From assembly GCA_028289135.1 (NCBI GenBank), contig JAQGGW010000003.1:66015-130014 (forward strand): a DNA stretch of 64,000 bases. The letters are read 5' to 3'. The stretch is from Candidatus Saccharimonadota bacterium (GTDB taxonomy: Bacteria; Patescibacteriota; Saccharimonadia; Saccharimonadales; JACDBH01). A program made the position numbers and the translations under genes. This document shows positions 27,035 to 35,503 of the stretch, piece by piece. Numbering within the stretch: the first letter of the stretch is position 1; the number at the start of each line of letters is the position of its first letter. Below the pieces are notes generated by a model. It was not told the origin of the DNA and did not search any database. It saw only the letters and a list, made by a program, of their open reading frames with translations.

Positions 27035-27592
27035 CTATGTAGTTGCAGGTGGCTGATTCAAGTAAGCTTCAGCTCCAAGTTCTCTTAAGCTGACGTCTTT
27101 ACCTAGTACTGGGCTTAAAAGTTCATTTAGCTCATAAGCTTCGTAGGCGGCTCTCATGCCTGGGTCGGTAGCCATCAATACTCGGCCAGCAAATAAACCT
27201 GCATTAAATGCACCAGCCGGACCTTGAAATACAGCAAGCGGCTTACCTTCAGGCATGCCAATCATTGAGCCCAAGGCCCTGTTCATCACATCTGGATTAT
27301 CAGTAATTGAAACTCCCAATACTGGTAATGCCGTCTCTGATGCAACCATACCTGGTAAAGCGGCAGATCCACCAGCACCTGCAATTATTAGTCTTAAGCC
27401 GCGCTCTGCTGCTGTTGCGGCATACTCAGCCATTAGGTGTGGCGTTCTGTGTGCAGAAATAACTCTGTCTTCGTAATGAATGCCGTATTCCATCCCTAAT
27501 GTCCGCAGTGCACGACCTGCGTGTCGCATTACTTTTAAATCACTGTCCGAACCCATAATTATTCCAACTCGTAATTGTTCGCCTGTTGCCAT
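27035..27592 (-). CDS. purE: N5-carboxyaminoimidazole ribonucleotide mutase (PurE)
   Basis: MGSDSDLKVM and AGGSAALPGMVAS motifs. Confidence 0.85.
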   Translation of the reverse strand: MATGEQLRVGIIMGSDSDLKVMRHAGRALRTLGMEYGIHYEDRVISAHRTPHLMAEYAATAAERGLRLIIAGAGGSAALPGMVASETALPVLGVSITDNPDVMNRALGSMIGMPEGKPLAVFQGPAGAFNAGLFAGRVLMATDPGMRAAYEAYELNELLSPVLGKDVSLRELGAEAYLNQPPATT

Positions 27593-27593
27593 G

Positions 27594-28736
27594 CTAAATA
27601 CTTAATTCCCTTCTCGCTAAATTAGCTCTTTCTGAAACTTCTTCCCTTGATGCGCCGAGCACAGTTATATGGCCGACTTTGCGCGCTGGACGAGGAGCTT
27701 TGCCATAAAAATGCGGGTGCGTATCTGGCAAAGCTAGGACTCGGTCAAGTCCTTCGCGTGCTAGAGGTTCATCGCGGGTGCCTAAAATATTGATCATTGC
27801 CGCTGCTGGCGCGCGCATACCTACAGGCCCAAGTCGCATGCCGGTAATAGCACGGATGTGCTGCTCAAACTGCGAAGTAACATTGGCCTCGATGGTGTGA
27901 TGTCCAGAGTTATGGACGCGCGGTGCAATTTCGTTAATCATAACCTCGTCCCCACGCAGGAACATTTCTATCGCAAAGATGCCTGCACCGTGGAATATTT
28001 TCATTGCTTCGTGAGCTATTTCCTCTGTCCGCAGGGCAACCTTTGGGCTGATGTCTGCAGGTGCTACAACGGTATGGCAGATGCTGTCTTTGTGCACCGT
28101 TTCAACCGTTGGATACATGGCTATATTCCCGGCAATATCCCGTCCTAATACTACCGATAATTCCTTATCAAAATCTATAATTCTTTCTGCGTAAACATCA
28201 CCCCAATCACTTCCTAATGCTTCATTCGCAACAACAAGATCGCCCGTATACACATGGTTTTTTCTGCCATCAAATCCATCAGTTCTTTTCTTAAGGATAA
28301 CCGCGCCGCCAAGCGCCTCGCGTGCATCCTCTGCCAGCTCTGAGTTTGTTTTCCACGCTGGCAAGCTGGACAAATCGACCATAGGAGCAACAGGCAAACC
28401 GGCCAGTCTAAGTTCGGATTTTTGCCTATACTTATCCATTATTTTCAGAAGACTAAATGGAGAAGGCTCAACATTAAAGCCCAGCTCTTCCAGCTCGCAA
28501 AGAGTTCGCGCCCCAATATGTTCCACTTCCCAAGTAACAACATCTACTTGGCCCGCAAGCTCCCTAATTGCATCTGGATCTTTTATGTTGCCGTCAATTT
28601 GTCGTGCCCCGGCGTGTGTTGCCGGACAATTTGGAGCAGCTTCAAGCACTGTTACTTGAAAACCTAGCGGACGTGCGGCTTCAGTAAGCATTTGTCCCAG
28701 CTGGCCACCACCTACAATTCCAATACGCTCTACCAT
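27594..28736 (-). CDS. purK: N5-carboxyaminoimidazole ribonucleotide synthase (PurK), ATP-grasp
   Basis: GGGQLGQML N-terminus, ATP-grasp layout, ...APRVHNSGH. Confidence 0.85.
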   Translation of the reverse strand: MVERIGIVGGGQLGQMLTEAARPLGFQVTVLEAAPNCPATHAGARQIDGNIKDPDAIRELAGQVDVVTWEVEHIGARTLCELEELGFNVEPSPFSLLKIMDKYRQKSELRLAGLPVAPMVDLSSLPAWKTNSELAEDAREALGGAVILKKRTDGFDGRKNHVYTGDLVVANEALGSDWGDVYAERIIDFDKELSVVLGRDIAGNIAMYPTVETVHKDSICHTVVAPADISPKVALRTEEIAHEAMKIFHGAGIFAIEMFLRGDEVMINEIAPRVHNSGHHTIEANVTSQFEQHIRAITGMRLGPVGMRAPAAAMINILGTRDEPLAREGLDRVLALPDTHPHFYGKAPRPARKVGHITVLGASREEVSERANLARRELSI

Positions 28737-29062
28737 GGCGCTATCGCCATGGTAGCGTCCTCAAATACCATACAGTGCGGCAAAAGACCTGCACGTACTA
28801 AATGTGGAAAATCTCTATTGTTCTTTGCTGCTTCATGTAAAACATTTATAACAGCTGCTGGATTTATAACATCACCAAAACTAGCAACCTCAATATTAAC
28901 CGCTAGTTGTACATCGGCAACTTCAGGTATAGGGGACGCCATATAGCCCAGCCTGAGTGTATCAAGTGCTTTCTGTATTTCTTCAACATGTCCCCTATGC
29001 ATATACCCTCGCTTGTTTGTTCTTATTCTACGTGGTGTAAGAGTCAATGCAAGCATGAGCAT
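28730..29062 (-). CDS. Hypothetical protein, 110 aa, 7-nt overlap with purK
   Basis: ORF only. Start set to the first ATG (29062); the track start at 29074 is TTG. Confidence 0.4.
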   Translation of the reverse strand: MLMLALTLTPRRIRTNKRGYMHRGHVEEIQKALDTLRLGYMASPIPEVADVQLAVNIEVASFGDVINPAAVINVLHEAAKNNRDFPHLVRAGLLPHCMVFEDATMAIAPW

Positions 29063-29067
29063 TTTAT

Positions 29068-29095
29068 TTGACAATATTTACATAAGTAGTATTAT
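29068..29095 (+). promoter_or_regulatory. Promoter: -35 TTGACA (29068-73), 16-nt spacer, -10 TATTAT (29090-95), 6 nt before the leader-peptide ATG
   Basis: Read directly. Same -10-to-ATG spacing as other leaderless candidates in the window. Confidence 0.5.
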
Positions 29096-29101
29096 ATAAA
29101 T

Positions 29102-29149
29102 ATGGTTCACAACTATATATCTCAGTCATCCCGTCGCACCCGTATATAA
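29102..29149 (+). CDS. Arg-rich leader peptide MVHNYISQSSRRTRI (15 aa)
   Basis: ATG 29102 to TAA 29147-49. Arg codons CGT, CGC and CGT at 29132-29143 lie in attenuator segment 1. Confidence 0.5.
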   Translation: MVHNYISQSSRRTRI

Positions 29150-29218
29150 CGGGACGATGCTTGTAGTTGTGCAAAAATTTAAATAAGCCTTACATCGCCC
29201 CGGCAAACGGGGCTTTTT
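29132..29218 (+). promoter_or_regulatory. Transcription attenuator with mutually exclusive 1:2, 2:3 and 3:4 pairings
   Basis: Segment 1 29132-43, segment 2 29149-59, segment 3 29193-202, segment 4 29208-13. 1:2 forms 10 bp with an internal loop, 2:3 forms 9 of 10 bp (CGGGACGATG/CATCGCCCCG), and 3:4 is the terminator. Confidence 0.55.
29197..29218 (+). terminator. Intrinsic terminator of the arg leader
   Basis: GCCCCG-gcaaa-CGGGGC followed by T5, 16 nt upstream of ATG 29234. Confidence 0.65.
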
Positions 29219-29233
29219 AATGTTGAGGATAAT

Positions 29234-29731
29234 ATGAATTTTGTATTAATTGAGGGATCATTTGATCTAAATAAGATTGGCTATGATTTTTCGGAAGTTA
29301 TAGAAGAAAGCGAGCAAGGTTGCATGTTACCGCTTTCACCGGACACTATAGGCGCAAACATGCTGACTGGCGTTGTGCTGGTTGGCCAGACCGTTGTGGC
29401 TACTTCCGCGATAAAAGAACACGTGACCGTTTTAGATAAAAGAAATCCTGATTTTTGGCAGCCGTACGACTTTGCGCTGCTGGGTGGGTGCGTTACAACA
29501 GAACGGTATAAGAGAATTGGAATTAACACACAGATGATAAAGGAGCTCACACAAAAGTCAGCTGTTCATCCTGGGCTAACGGGTGTAACTGGCTTTTTTA
29601 ACGAACAGTCAGCACAGGTCGTAAAAAGACTAGATTTTACAGATAGTTGTTTTTGGCTTTGGGGTCAAAAAGAAATAAATGAAAACGGAAGAACAAGACA
29701 CAGTCTAATTTTCCCCGCGAAAGCGCAATAA
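29234..29731 (+). CDS. Hypothetical protein, possibly GNAT-like acetyltransferase; first gene of the arg operon
   Basis: GAGGA SD. Weak RxxGxx motif (RYKRIGIN). Function not established. Confidence 0.4.
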   Translation: MNFVLIEGSFDLNKIGYDFSEVIEESEQGCMLPLSPDTIGANMLTGVVLVGQTVVATSAIKEHVTVLDKRNPDFWQPYDFALLGGCVTTERYKRIGINTQMIKELTQKSAVHPGLTGVTGFFNEQSAQVVKRLDFTDSCFWLWGQKEINENGRTRHSLIFPAKAQ

Positions 29732-29758
29732 ATAATGTTCAAGTTAAAGGAGAAAATC

Positions 29759-31018
29759 ATGAAACACGTTAAACCGTATACGAAAGTTGCTTCATACGAA
29801 GCCGAAAAAGGAACATTTAAAAAATGCCTGCTGCTATATTCTGGAGGTTTAGATACTTCGGTCATGCTGAAGTGGATACAAGAACAATATGACTGCGAAG
29901 TGGTGGCGCTTACGATTGATCTTGGCCAAACGGCTGATGATCTTAACGTCATCAAACAAAAGGCTTTAGACCTTGGCGCAGTTGAGGCGATTGTTTACGA
30001 TGCCAAGCTAGAGTTTGCCGAAAAACTTTTAAGCTCGGCTATTAAAGCTAATGCCGACTACCAAGGCGGCTACGCGCTGAGCACACCGCTCGGAAGAGTA
30101 ATAATCTCCGAAGTGGCGGTTAAGATTGCCAAAGAATATGGCTGCCAGGTTGTGGCGCACGGCTGCACCGGCAAGGGCAACGACCAGGTAAGGTTTGAGG
30201 GCTACATTACCACCCTTGATCCAAGCCTCAAGATTATTGCACCAGTTAGAGAATGGGGCATGGGCAGACAAGAAGAGATTGCCTACGCGCACGAAAACAA
30301 CATCCCTATTAAACAAACGGCCGAGGTGCCGTATTCGTACGACGAAAACATGTGGGGCAACACAGGCGAAGGCGGCGAGATTGAAAACCCATCGCTGGAA
30401 CCAAAGCTGCCGGCAATTTTGCAGTGGTGTAAGACAATTGAGGAGACACCTTCTGAGCCAACTTACATTAAGCTAGGCTTTGAAAAGGGCGTGCCTAAAA
30501 AGCTAGATGGAAAGTCTTTGCCGCTGGCCGAGATCATTAGCGCCTGCAACAAATTGGGAGCTGAGCATGGAGTGGGTGTTGTCCAGCTGATCGAAGACAG
30601 ATTGGTTGGGCTTAAAGTTAGGGGAGTATACGAAAACCCTGCAGCCACTATTTTGATTGCTGCTCACAAAAAGTTAGAACAGCTTGTTTCGACCAGGGAA
30701 GAAAATAAATTTAAAACTTTGATTGATACGCAGTGGGCCTACATGCTCTACGCCGCGCAGTGGTTTGAGCCAACGATGCACCATTTAAACGCCTACATCG
30801 ACGACCAAAACCAAAAAGTCAGCGGCACAGTTACCGTTAAATTGTTTAAAGGCAAGACAACGGTTGTGGCGCTGGATTCGCCGTTTAGTTTGTTTAACGA
30901 AAACTTGGCCACATTCGAGAAAAATGCTGCTTTCAACCAAAACGCGTCGCCAGGCTTTATTGAGATCTATAACCTGCCGCAAAAAACAGCCAAAGGAGTA
31001 TACGACTATGACAAATAA
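29759..31018 (+). CDS. argG: Argininosuccinate synthase
   Basis: YSGGLDTS ATP-PPase motif. Start at ATG 29759 behind AAGGAG rather than 29735. Confidence 0.9.
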   Translation: MKHVKPYTKVASYEAEKGTFKKCLLLYSGGLDTSVMLKWIQEQYDCEVVALTIDLGQTADDLNVIKQKALDLGAVEAIVYDAKLEFAEKLLSSAIKANADYQGGYALSTPLGRVIISEVAVKIAKEYGCQVVAHGCTGKGNDQVRFEGYITTLDPSLKIIAPVREWGMGRQEEIAYAHENNIPIKQTAEVPYSYDENMWGNTGEGGEIENPSLEPKLPAILQWCKTIEETPSEPTYIKLGFEKGVPKKLDGKSLPLAEIISACNKLGAEHGVGVVQLIEDRLVGLKVRGVYENPAATILIAAHKKLEQLVSTREENKFKTLIDTQWAYMLYAAQWFEPTMHHLNAYIDDQNQKVSGTVTVKLFKGKTTVVALDSPFSLFNENLATFEKNAAFNQNASPGFIEIYNLPQKTAKGVYDYDK

Positions 31019-32200
31019 ACTGTGGCAAACTGCCGCGTCCGTACAACTTCACCCGACAATTGAAAACTATACGGTCGGGGATGACCATGTCCTAGACCAA
31101 AAATTGATGGGATATGACATTACGGCCAGCAAGGCTCACGCCCAGATGCTGGAAAGCGTGGGCTTGTTAACCATGTCTGAAGCAAATGAACTTACCGACG
31201 CGCTGGATACACTGCAAAAACTTTGGGAAAAGGGTGAGTTTAAAATACAAAAACACCAAGAAGATGGCCACACCGCAATTGAGCAGTATTTAACGGAAAA
31301 ACTTGGTGATACAGGCAAAAAAATCCACACCGTCAGAAGCAGAAACGACCAAGCACTTGTCATGATGAGGTTGTACTTAAAAGACAATTTACAAAAAGTG
31401 GGCTTACAAATATCGCAGGTTGCAACGGCGCTTGAAAAAGCCGCAATAAAGTCCGGCAAAACGCCAATGCCGGGCTACACCCATACCCAAAAAGCCATGC
31501 CGACAACAGTGGCAACATGGCTGATGGCATATGCCGATGGTTTTAAAGACGCTAAAAAGCTTCTTGATTCGACGCTGGAAATTATTGACCAAAACCCGCT
31601 TGGTTCGGCCGCGGGTTTTGGCAGCAGTTTGCCGATTAACAAGGCGCACACCACCAAAACACTGGGATTTAGCAAAACCCAAGACAACCCCATGTACTGC
31701 GGCATTTCGAGAGGTTTGTTTGAGCTGCTCGCCGTTCAGTCTTTAAATTCAGCGATGATTTTAAGCGGTAAATTCGCGGCCGACTTACTCATGTTCACGA
31801 CGCAAGAATTCAACTTTTTTAGTTTGCCCGACTCGTTTACAACTGGCTCGTCGATAATGCCGCACAAACACAACTATGACGTTTTAGAAATCATGAGAGG
31901 CCAGGCTCATATGTTTGGGCCTTTGGTGCAGCAGCTTAACGCCGTGGTTGTGGGTATTGGCAGCGGCTACCACAGGGACCTGCAGCTTACTAAAAAAGTT
32001 ACGTTGGAAGCTTTTGACACTGCCTCTTCTACACTTGAGTCCTGGAGCTTGTTGTCTGCAATTTAGTCGTACATTCAGACGTCTTAGCAAAAGCCATAAC
32101 ACCCGAAATGTTAAGTGTCTCAGAAATAGAAAAGTTAGTGACCGCAGGCACGCCATTCCGTGACGCCTACCAAAAAGTAAAGCAAAACTTTTTAATCTAA
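31008..32200 (+). pseudogene. argH: Argininosuccinate lyase interrupted by an apparent frameshift near 32040 (352-aa ORF to TAG 32066, C-terminal 53 codons in another frame to TAA 32200)
   Basis: Fumarate-lyase fold (GSSIMPHKHN signature). Frame 0 ends ...STLESWSLLSAI*. The frame starting at 32039 encodes VLELVVCNLVVHSDVLAKAITPEMLSVSEIEKLVTAGTPFRDAYQKVKQNFLI*, matching the conserved ArgH C-terminus (..PFREAH..). Confidence 0.7.
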
Positions 32201-32287
32201 GAATTTTTGGGAAGCTAAAAACCGCCCTGACTACGAAGGGCGGTTCGAGATCAAACAAAACTTAATTGTTTTTTATAGAAGCAATAT

Positions 32288-32695
32288 CTACACAGCATGA
32301 GGATTACGCAAATAGTCAATTTCAACCACTGGTGTTGTATGGAAGTAATCAAACCTAGCATCGAACTCATCTTTATATACAGCTTTTTGACGTGCTTCAT
32401 CATATGAAGGATGGTTTAGTTCAGGCACTACATGCAACTTGCTCCCTAATTGAAGAGCTTTTGTTGTGCTCATAAGTAACCAGGCTGGTTCTCCGACTAT
32501 TGGCCTGACTTCCCTATCAATTGGGACTTCGGATATCCGTGTTAGAAGAAGGCCTCCATGACTATTTTCACCATAGGGCTGAGTGGCTGTTTCTGCTTCG
32601 CATTCGAAATCGTATTTCGTTCCACTCTTAGTAGTAACGACTACACGGTCGCCGCTTTCAAGACTTCTGAAATCAAATTCATTTAAGATTGTCAT
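32288..32695 (-). CDS. Hypothetical protein
   Basis: 135-aa ORF from ATG 32695 (MTILNEF...). Confidence 0.45.
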   Translation of the reverse strand: MTILNEFDFRSLESGDRVVVTTKSGTKYDFECEAETATQPYGENSHGGLLLTRISEVPIDREVRPIVGEPAWLLMSTTKALQLGSKLHVVPELNHPSYDEARQKAVYKDEFDARFDYFHTTPVVEIDYLRNPHAV

Positions 32696-32839
32696 GCTAT
32701 ATATTCCTAACTGTCCATATAATAACATAATTACATTAATATATCAATATTTAGCAGAAATAGCTTAGATTTCTGAGTAGGTAAATCGTCTTAAGCTTCA
32801 GAGAGCTCCAAAGCTTGAGCAATTCCTCATTAAGCTAAA

Positions 32840-32868
32840 TTGACAGTTTATCTCTGTTAGAGTATTAT
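32840..32868 (+). promoter_or_regulatory. Promoter of the initiator tRNA: TTGACA, 17 nt, TATTAT
   Basis: ttgaca at 32840-45 and tattat at 32863-68; the tRNA starts at 32912. Confidence 0.55.
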
Positions 32869-32911
32869 AGGAACTGCTTCAATTTACCTTTGGCTAGCGC
32901 CAAGCGAATAT

Positions 32912-32986
32912 CGCGGGGTGGAGCAGTGGCAGCTCGCGTGGCTCATAACCACGAGGTCCCAGGTTCGAGTCCTGGCCCCGCTACCA
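32912..32986 (+). tRNA. Initiator tRNA-fMet (CAU), CCA encoded
   Basis: CGCGGGGTGGAGCAGTGGCAGCTCGCGTGGCTCATAACCACGAGGTCCCAGGTTCGAGTCCTGGCCCCGCTACCA. C1:U72 mismatch and close similarity to E. coli tRNA-fMet. Confidence 0.85.
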
Positions 32987-32998
32987 AGCATTAGCATA

Positions 32999-33026
32999 AA
33001 GACCTCAGTTGACTGAGGTCTTTTTA
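32999..33026 (+). terminator. Rho-independent terminator
   Basis: AGACCTCAG-ttga-CTGAGGTCT followed by T5. Confidence 0.7.
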
Positions 33027-33076
33027 TTTCTCAGTTTTAGGTACATACTTATGCTTAATTAATATTAGGTGGATTT

Positions 33077-33712
33077 ATGAAGAAAAATGAAAAAGGGTTT
33101 AGCATTGTAGAGGTCATTATGGCTTTGGTAATTATTGGTCTGGTTGTTTTTATCGGTTTATATGTCTGGCATAAAAAAGCTTCAAAAACGACCACCACCC
33201 CTTTACCTTCAGCCCAAACAACAAAGACACCTCCAACTAGTTCGGTTACCCCAAAAGCTGTTGACCCTTATGAGGGCTGGCAAACTGTAACGAATCCAGA
33301 CAGGGCTTGGACAAGTATTAAAGTTCCTGCAAGTTGGCAATCAAAAGTATGTGACGGTGGCGCTTATATTGGGCTTGGCTCAGAAAAGAATAAGACGGGC
33401 ATATGCAGTAGCGATGCTGTAGCGCAATTAGGCATATCTTACACGAACGAAACTACAACCAAACCCGTGACAAAAACGGATGATTTAGCAACCTTTACTG
33501 ATGAATCCGTAACCGTTAACGGTGTGAGCGGCCATAAATACACAATGGTAGAAAAATCGCAGCCAGATGCGGTGATGTATGCCGACTTTACGTTCATTAA
33601 ATACGTATTCTCCACTAAAAATAAAACATTTACTGCTTCTTATGCTAGAAGCCCGGAAGAAACTGACTCAAGCGCATTAATTGAGCAGATAGTTAAAAGC
33701 TGGGTATTTTAG
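33077..33712 (+). CDS. Type IV pilin-like protein (prepilin-type N-terminal cleavage/methylation motif)
   Basis: MKKNEKGFSIVEVIMALVIIGLVVF: G/FxxxE motif plus hydrophobic helix. AGGTGG SD. Confidence 0.8.
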   Translation: MKKNEKGFSIVEVIMALVIIGLVVFIGLYVWHKKASKTTTTPLPSAQTTKTPPTSSVTPKAVDPYEGWQTVTNPDRAWTSIKVPASWQSKVCDGGAYIGLGSEKNKTGICSSDAVAQLGISYTNETTTKPVTKTDDLATFTDESVTVNGVSGHKYTMVEKSQPDAVMYADFTFIKYVFSTKNKTFTASYARSPEETDSSALIEQIVKSWVF

Positions 33713-33837
33713 TCTGATACGGTAGATCAACAGATTTCTCTGAATAATACTAACCAACGTATAGATGCCGATCCAAACCAAATTTACTACCGAAAAATAA
33801 TTATTGGGCCAAACCGTTAACATTCCTTTGCCAAAAT

Positions 33838-34224
33838 TCACGTATTGTTTACAGATGTAACGTTCAGCTTGCCATCTGGCTCGGCAGTGGAATTATTCTT
33901 TTCAACTACACTATAGTCTTTTTCTGAAACTATGACTTTTTCTATGCCTTTGACCTGGTGCTTGAGTTTGATTATAAATGCATCCCGGTTTTCGTGAATC
34001 TTTTGGTATGTGCTTAGTTTTATTGGAATCCGGGCTTCGCAGTTCTCGTCTGAACATTCGCACACAAAGTGCAGCATCAAGTCTTCGGTATTAATAAGCT
34101 CGGGGGTATTTTCTTCGATATGCTGAGCCGCCAGCTCGTCAAAGCCGTCTCCAACTTTTTCGTTGGCTCGCCGAAAAATCATCTCATTTTCTAATTGACG
34201 GCGTTCAGACAGAGACATCTTCAT
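33838..34224 (-). CDS. Hypothetical protein with CxC...C cluster
   Basis: 128-aa ORF (…HFVCECSDENCEARIP…). Confidence 0.45.
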   Translation of the reverse strand: MKMSLSERRQLENEMIFRRANEKVGDGFDELAAQHIEENTPELINTEDLMLHFVCECSDENCEARIPIKLSTYQKIHENRDAFIIKLKHQVKGIEKVIVSEKDYSVVEKNNSTAEPDGKLNVTSVNNT

Positions 34225-34552
34225 AACCCAATAGTATCACCTATACGTCGCTATAATTAAATAGAGGCACTTGATGTGCCTCTATTACTGGGGAAGATTT
34301 GCACCCACAGATGTAGCCTACTAACTAACAAACTTTGAACTATCGAACAAAATTACTAACTCGAACGGCTACATATTAACGTGCTGTTTCACTTGATCTT
34401 CCGAGAAATAATTTAACAAATCCAAAATAAATAGTCAATACTAAAATCGAATCAATTCGACAGCGGCAAACTAGAAAAATCCCGCCAAAGAGGACAGGGT
34501 GTTTTAACAATAACTTTCTCTTTCCTAAGTAATTGGTTATGCTAAAACTACA

Positions 34553-35494
34553 ATGCAAAAACACGAACAAGGTTTTAGCGCAATTGAACTTTTGATAATT
34601 ATCATGGTTTTTGGAACCATGCTGTTTGCGGGTTGGTATGTGCGTGGAAAAAACAAAAAAGATGTTCCGAATTTAAGCCCCGGCTCAAGTGCGGCAATAA
34701 TATCTGAAGTAAATAAAACGGTTGCAGATAAGTATCCATCGCTTAGCACATATACCACCGACTGGTTTGCCCAAATGGGCACTAGTGCCAGCATCCCGGT
34801 CGACGGTTATACATTTAGCTTGAGCAGTCAGAACTTCCCCACTACACAATTACTACAAAAAGGGCCAGACCAGCCAGTGAACCCTCCCGCATCCGAAACT
34901 ATAATAAGCGCTAAAGAAGCTGTTGCCAAGACTATGAGCGCGCACGGCTTTAATACAGCGCAGGATAAATACACAATTGCCGCTGTAAATAATGTCATGA
35001 CAAATTCTAGAGTTGATGCGTCTTATGATGTGTATAAATCTGGTGGTACCACCTGCCTGGAGATATATTATTCGTTTAATCCTAACGTAACGCTAAGCTG
35101 TTTTACCGCCGCAGAAGCTGCGTCCATGGCGGCCAAGGCCAAACAATTTGTTTACGCATACACCGCCGCTAATCCGGAAACCGTTAGTAAAATTACTTTT
35201 GGCCCACTAACAATAAAAAGCCAGCACAAATCAGGCGTCTTAGGGCCAAGCCACTTGGCGGGATATGACATCAGCGAAGCCGTTTTTGCCGTTGGCGATG
35301 TAAAGAATATTGCGCTCTACTATAACCACCTAAACGGCCCATGGACTTATATAACCAGGGCAAACGACGAATACGGCTTTACTTGCGGTTCAATGACGTC
35401 CAACCCAACCGTACGCAAAATTATGTACAACCAAATCTGTTTAAGCGCAACTGGCCAGGTCCGGCTCGATACAAACAACCGCGCCCTGCAATAA
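34553..35494 (+). CDS. Type IV pilin-like protein, large (313 aa)
   Basis: MQKHEQGFSAIELLIIIMVFGTMLFAG prepilin motif. Confidence 0.75.
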   Translation: MQKHEQGFSAIELLIIIMVFGTMLFAGWYVRGKNKKDVPNLSPGSSAAIISEVNKTVADKYPSLSTYTTDWFAQMGTSASIPVDGYTFSLSSQNFPTTQLLQKGPDQPVNPPASETIISAKEAVAKTMSAHGFNTAQDKYTIAAVNNVMTNSRVDASYDVYKSGGTTCLEIYYSFNPNVTLSCFTAAEAASMAAKAKQFVYAYTAANPETVSKITFGPLTIKSQHKSGVLGPSHLAGYDISEAVFAVGDVKNIALYYNHLNGPWTYITRANDEYGFTCGSMTSNPTVRKIMYNQICLSATGQVRLDTNNRALQ

Positions 35495-35503
35495 AAACAG
35501 CAC

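Noticed and set aside
32015-32038. TGA recoding (alternative genetic code) as an explanation for the argH interruption
   Set aside because: TGA clearly functions as a stop elsewhere (for example the ATGA overlaps at 8352-8355 and 24978-24981). All other genes are intact under the standard code. The in-frame TGAs lie in the wrong frame upstream of the junction.
34261-34285. 10-bp perfect hairpin ATAGAGGCAC-ttgat-GTGCCTCTAT as a terminator
   Set aside because: It is not followed by a T-run on either strand and sits upstream of, not after, the nearest gene on each strand. It may be an operator or 5' UTR hairpin, but there is no further evidence.
22300-35500. Impression of AT-richer composition (22.3-29.7 kb and 32.3-35.5 kb) suggesting a horizontally acquired island
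   Set aside because: This is a visual impression only, since I cannot compute GC or codon statistics here. No integrase, transposase or flanking direct repeats support it. It would need a sliding-window GC/k-mer analysis.
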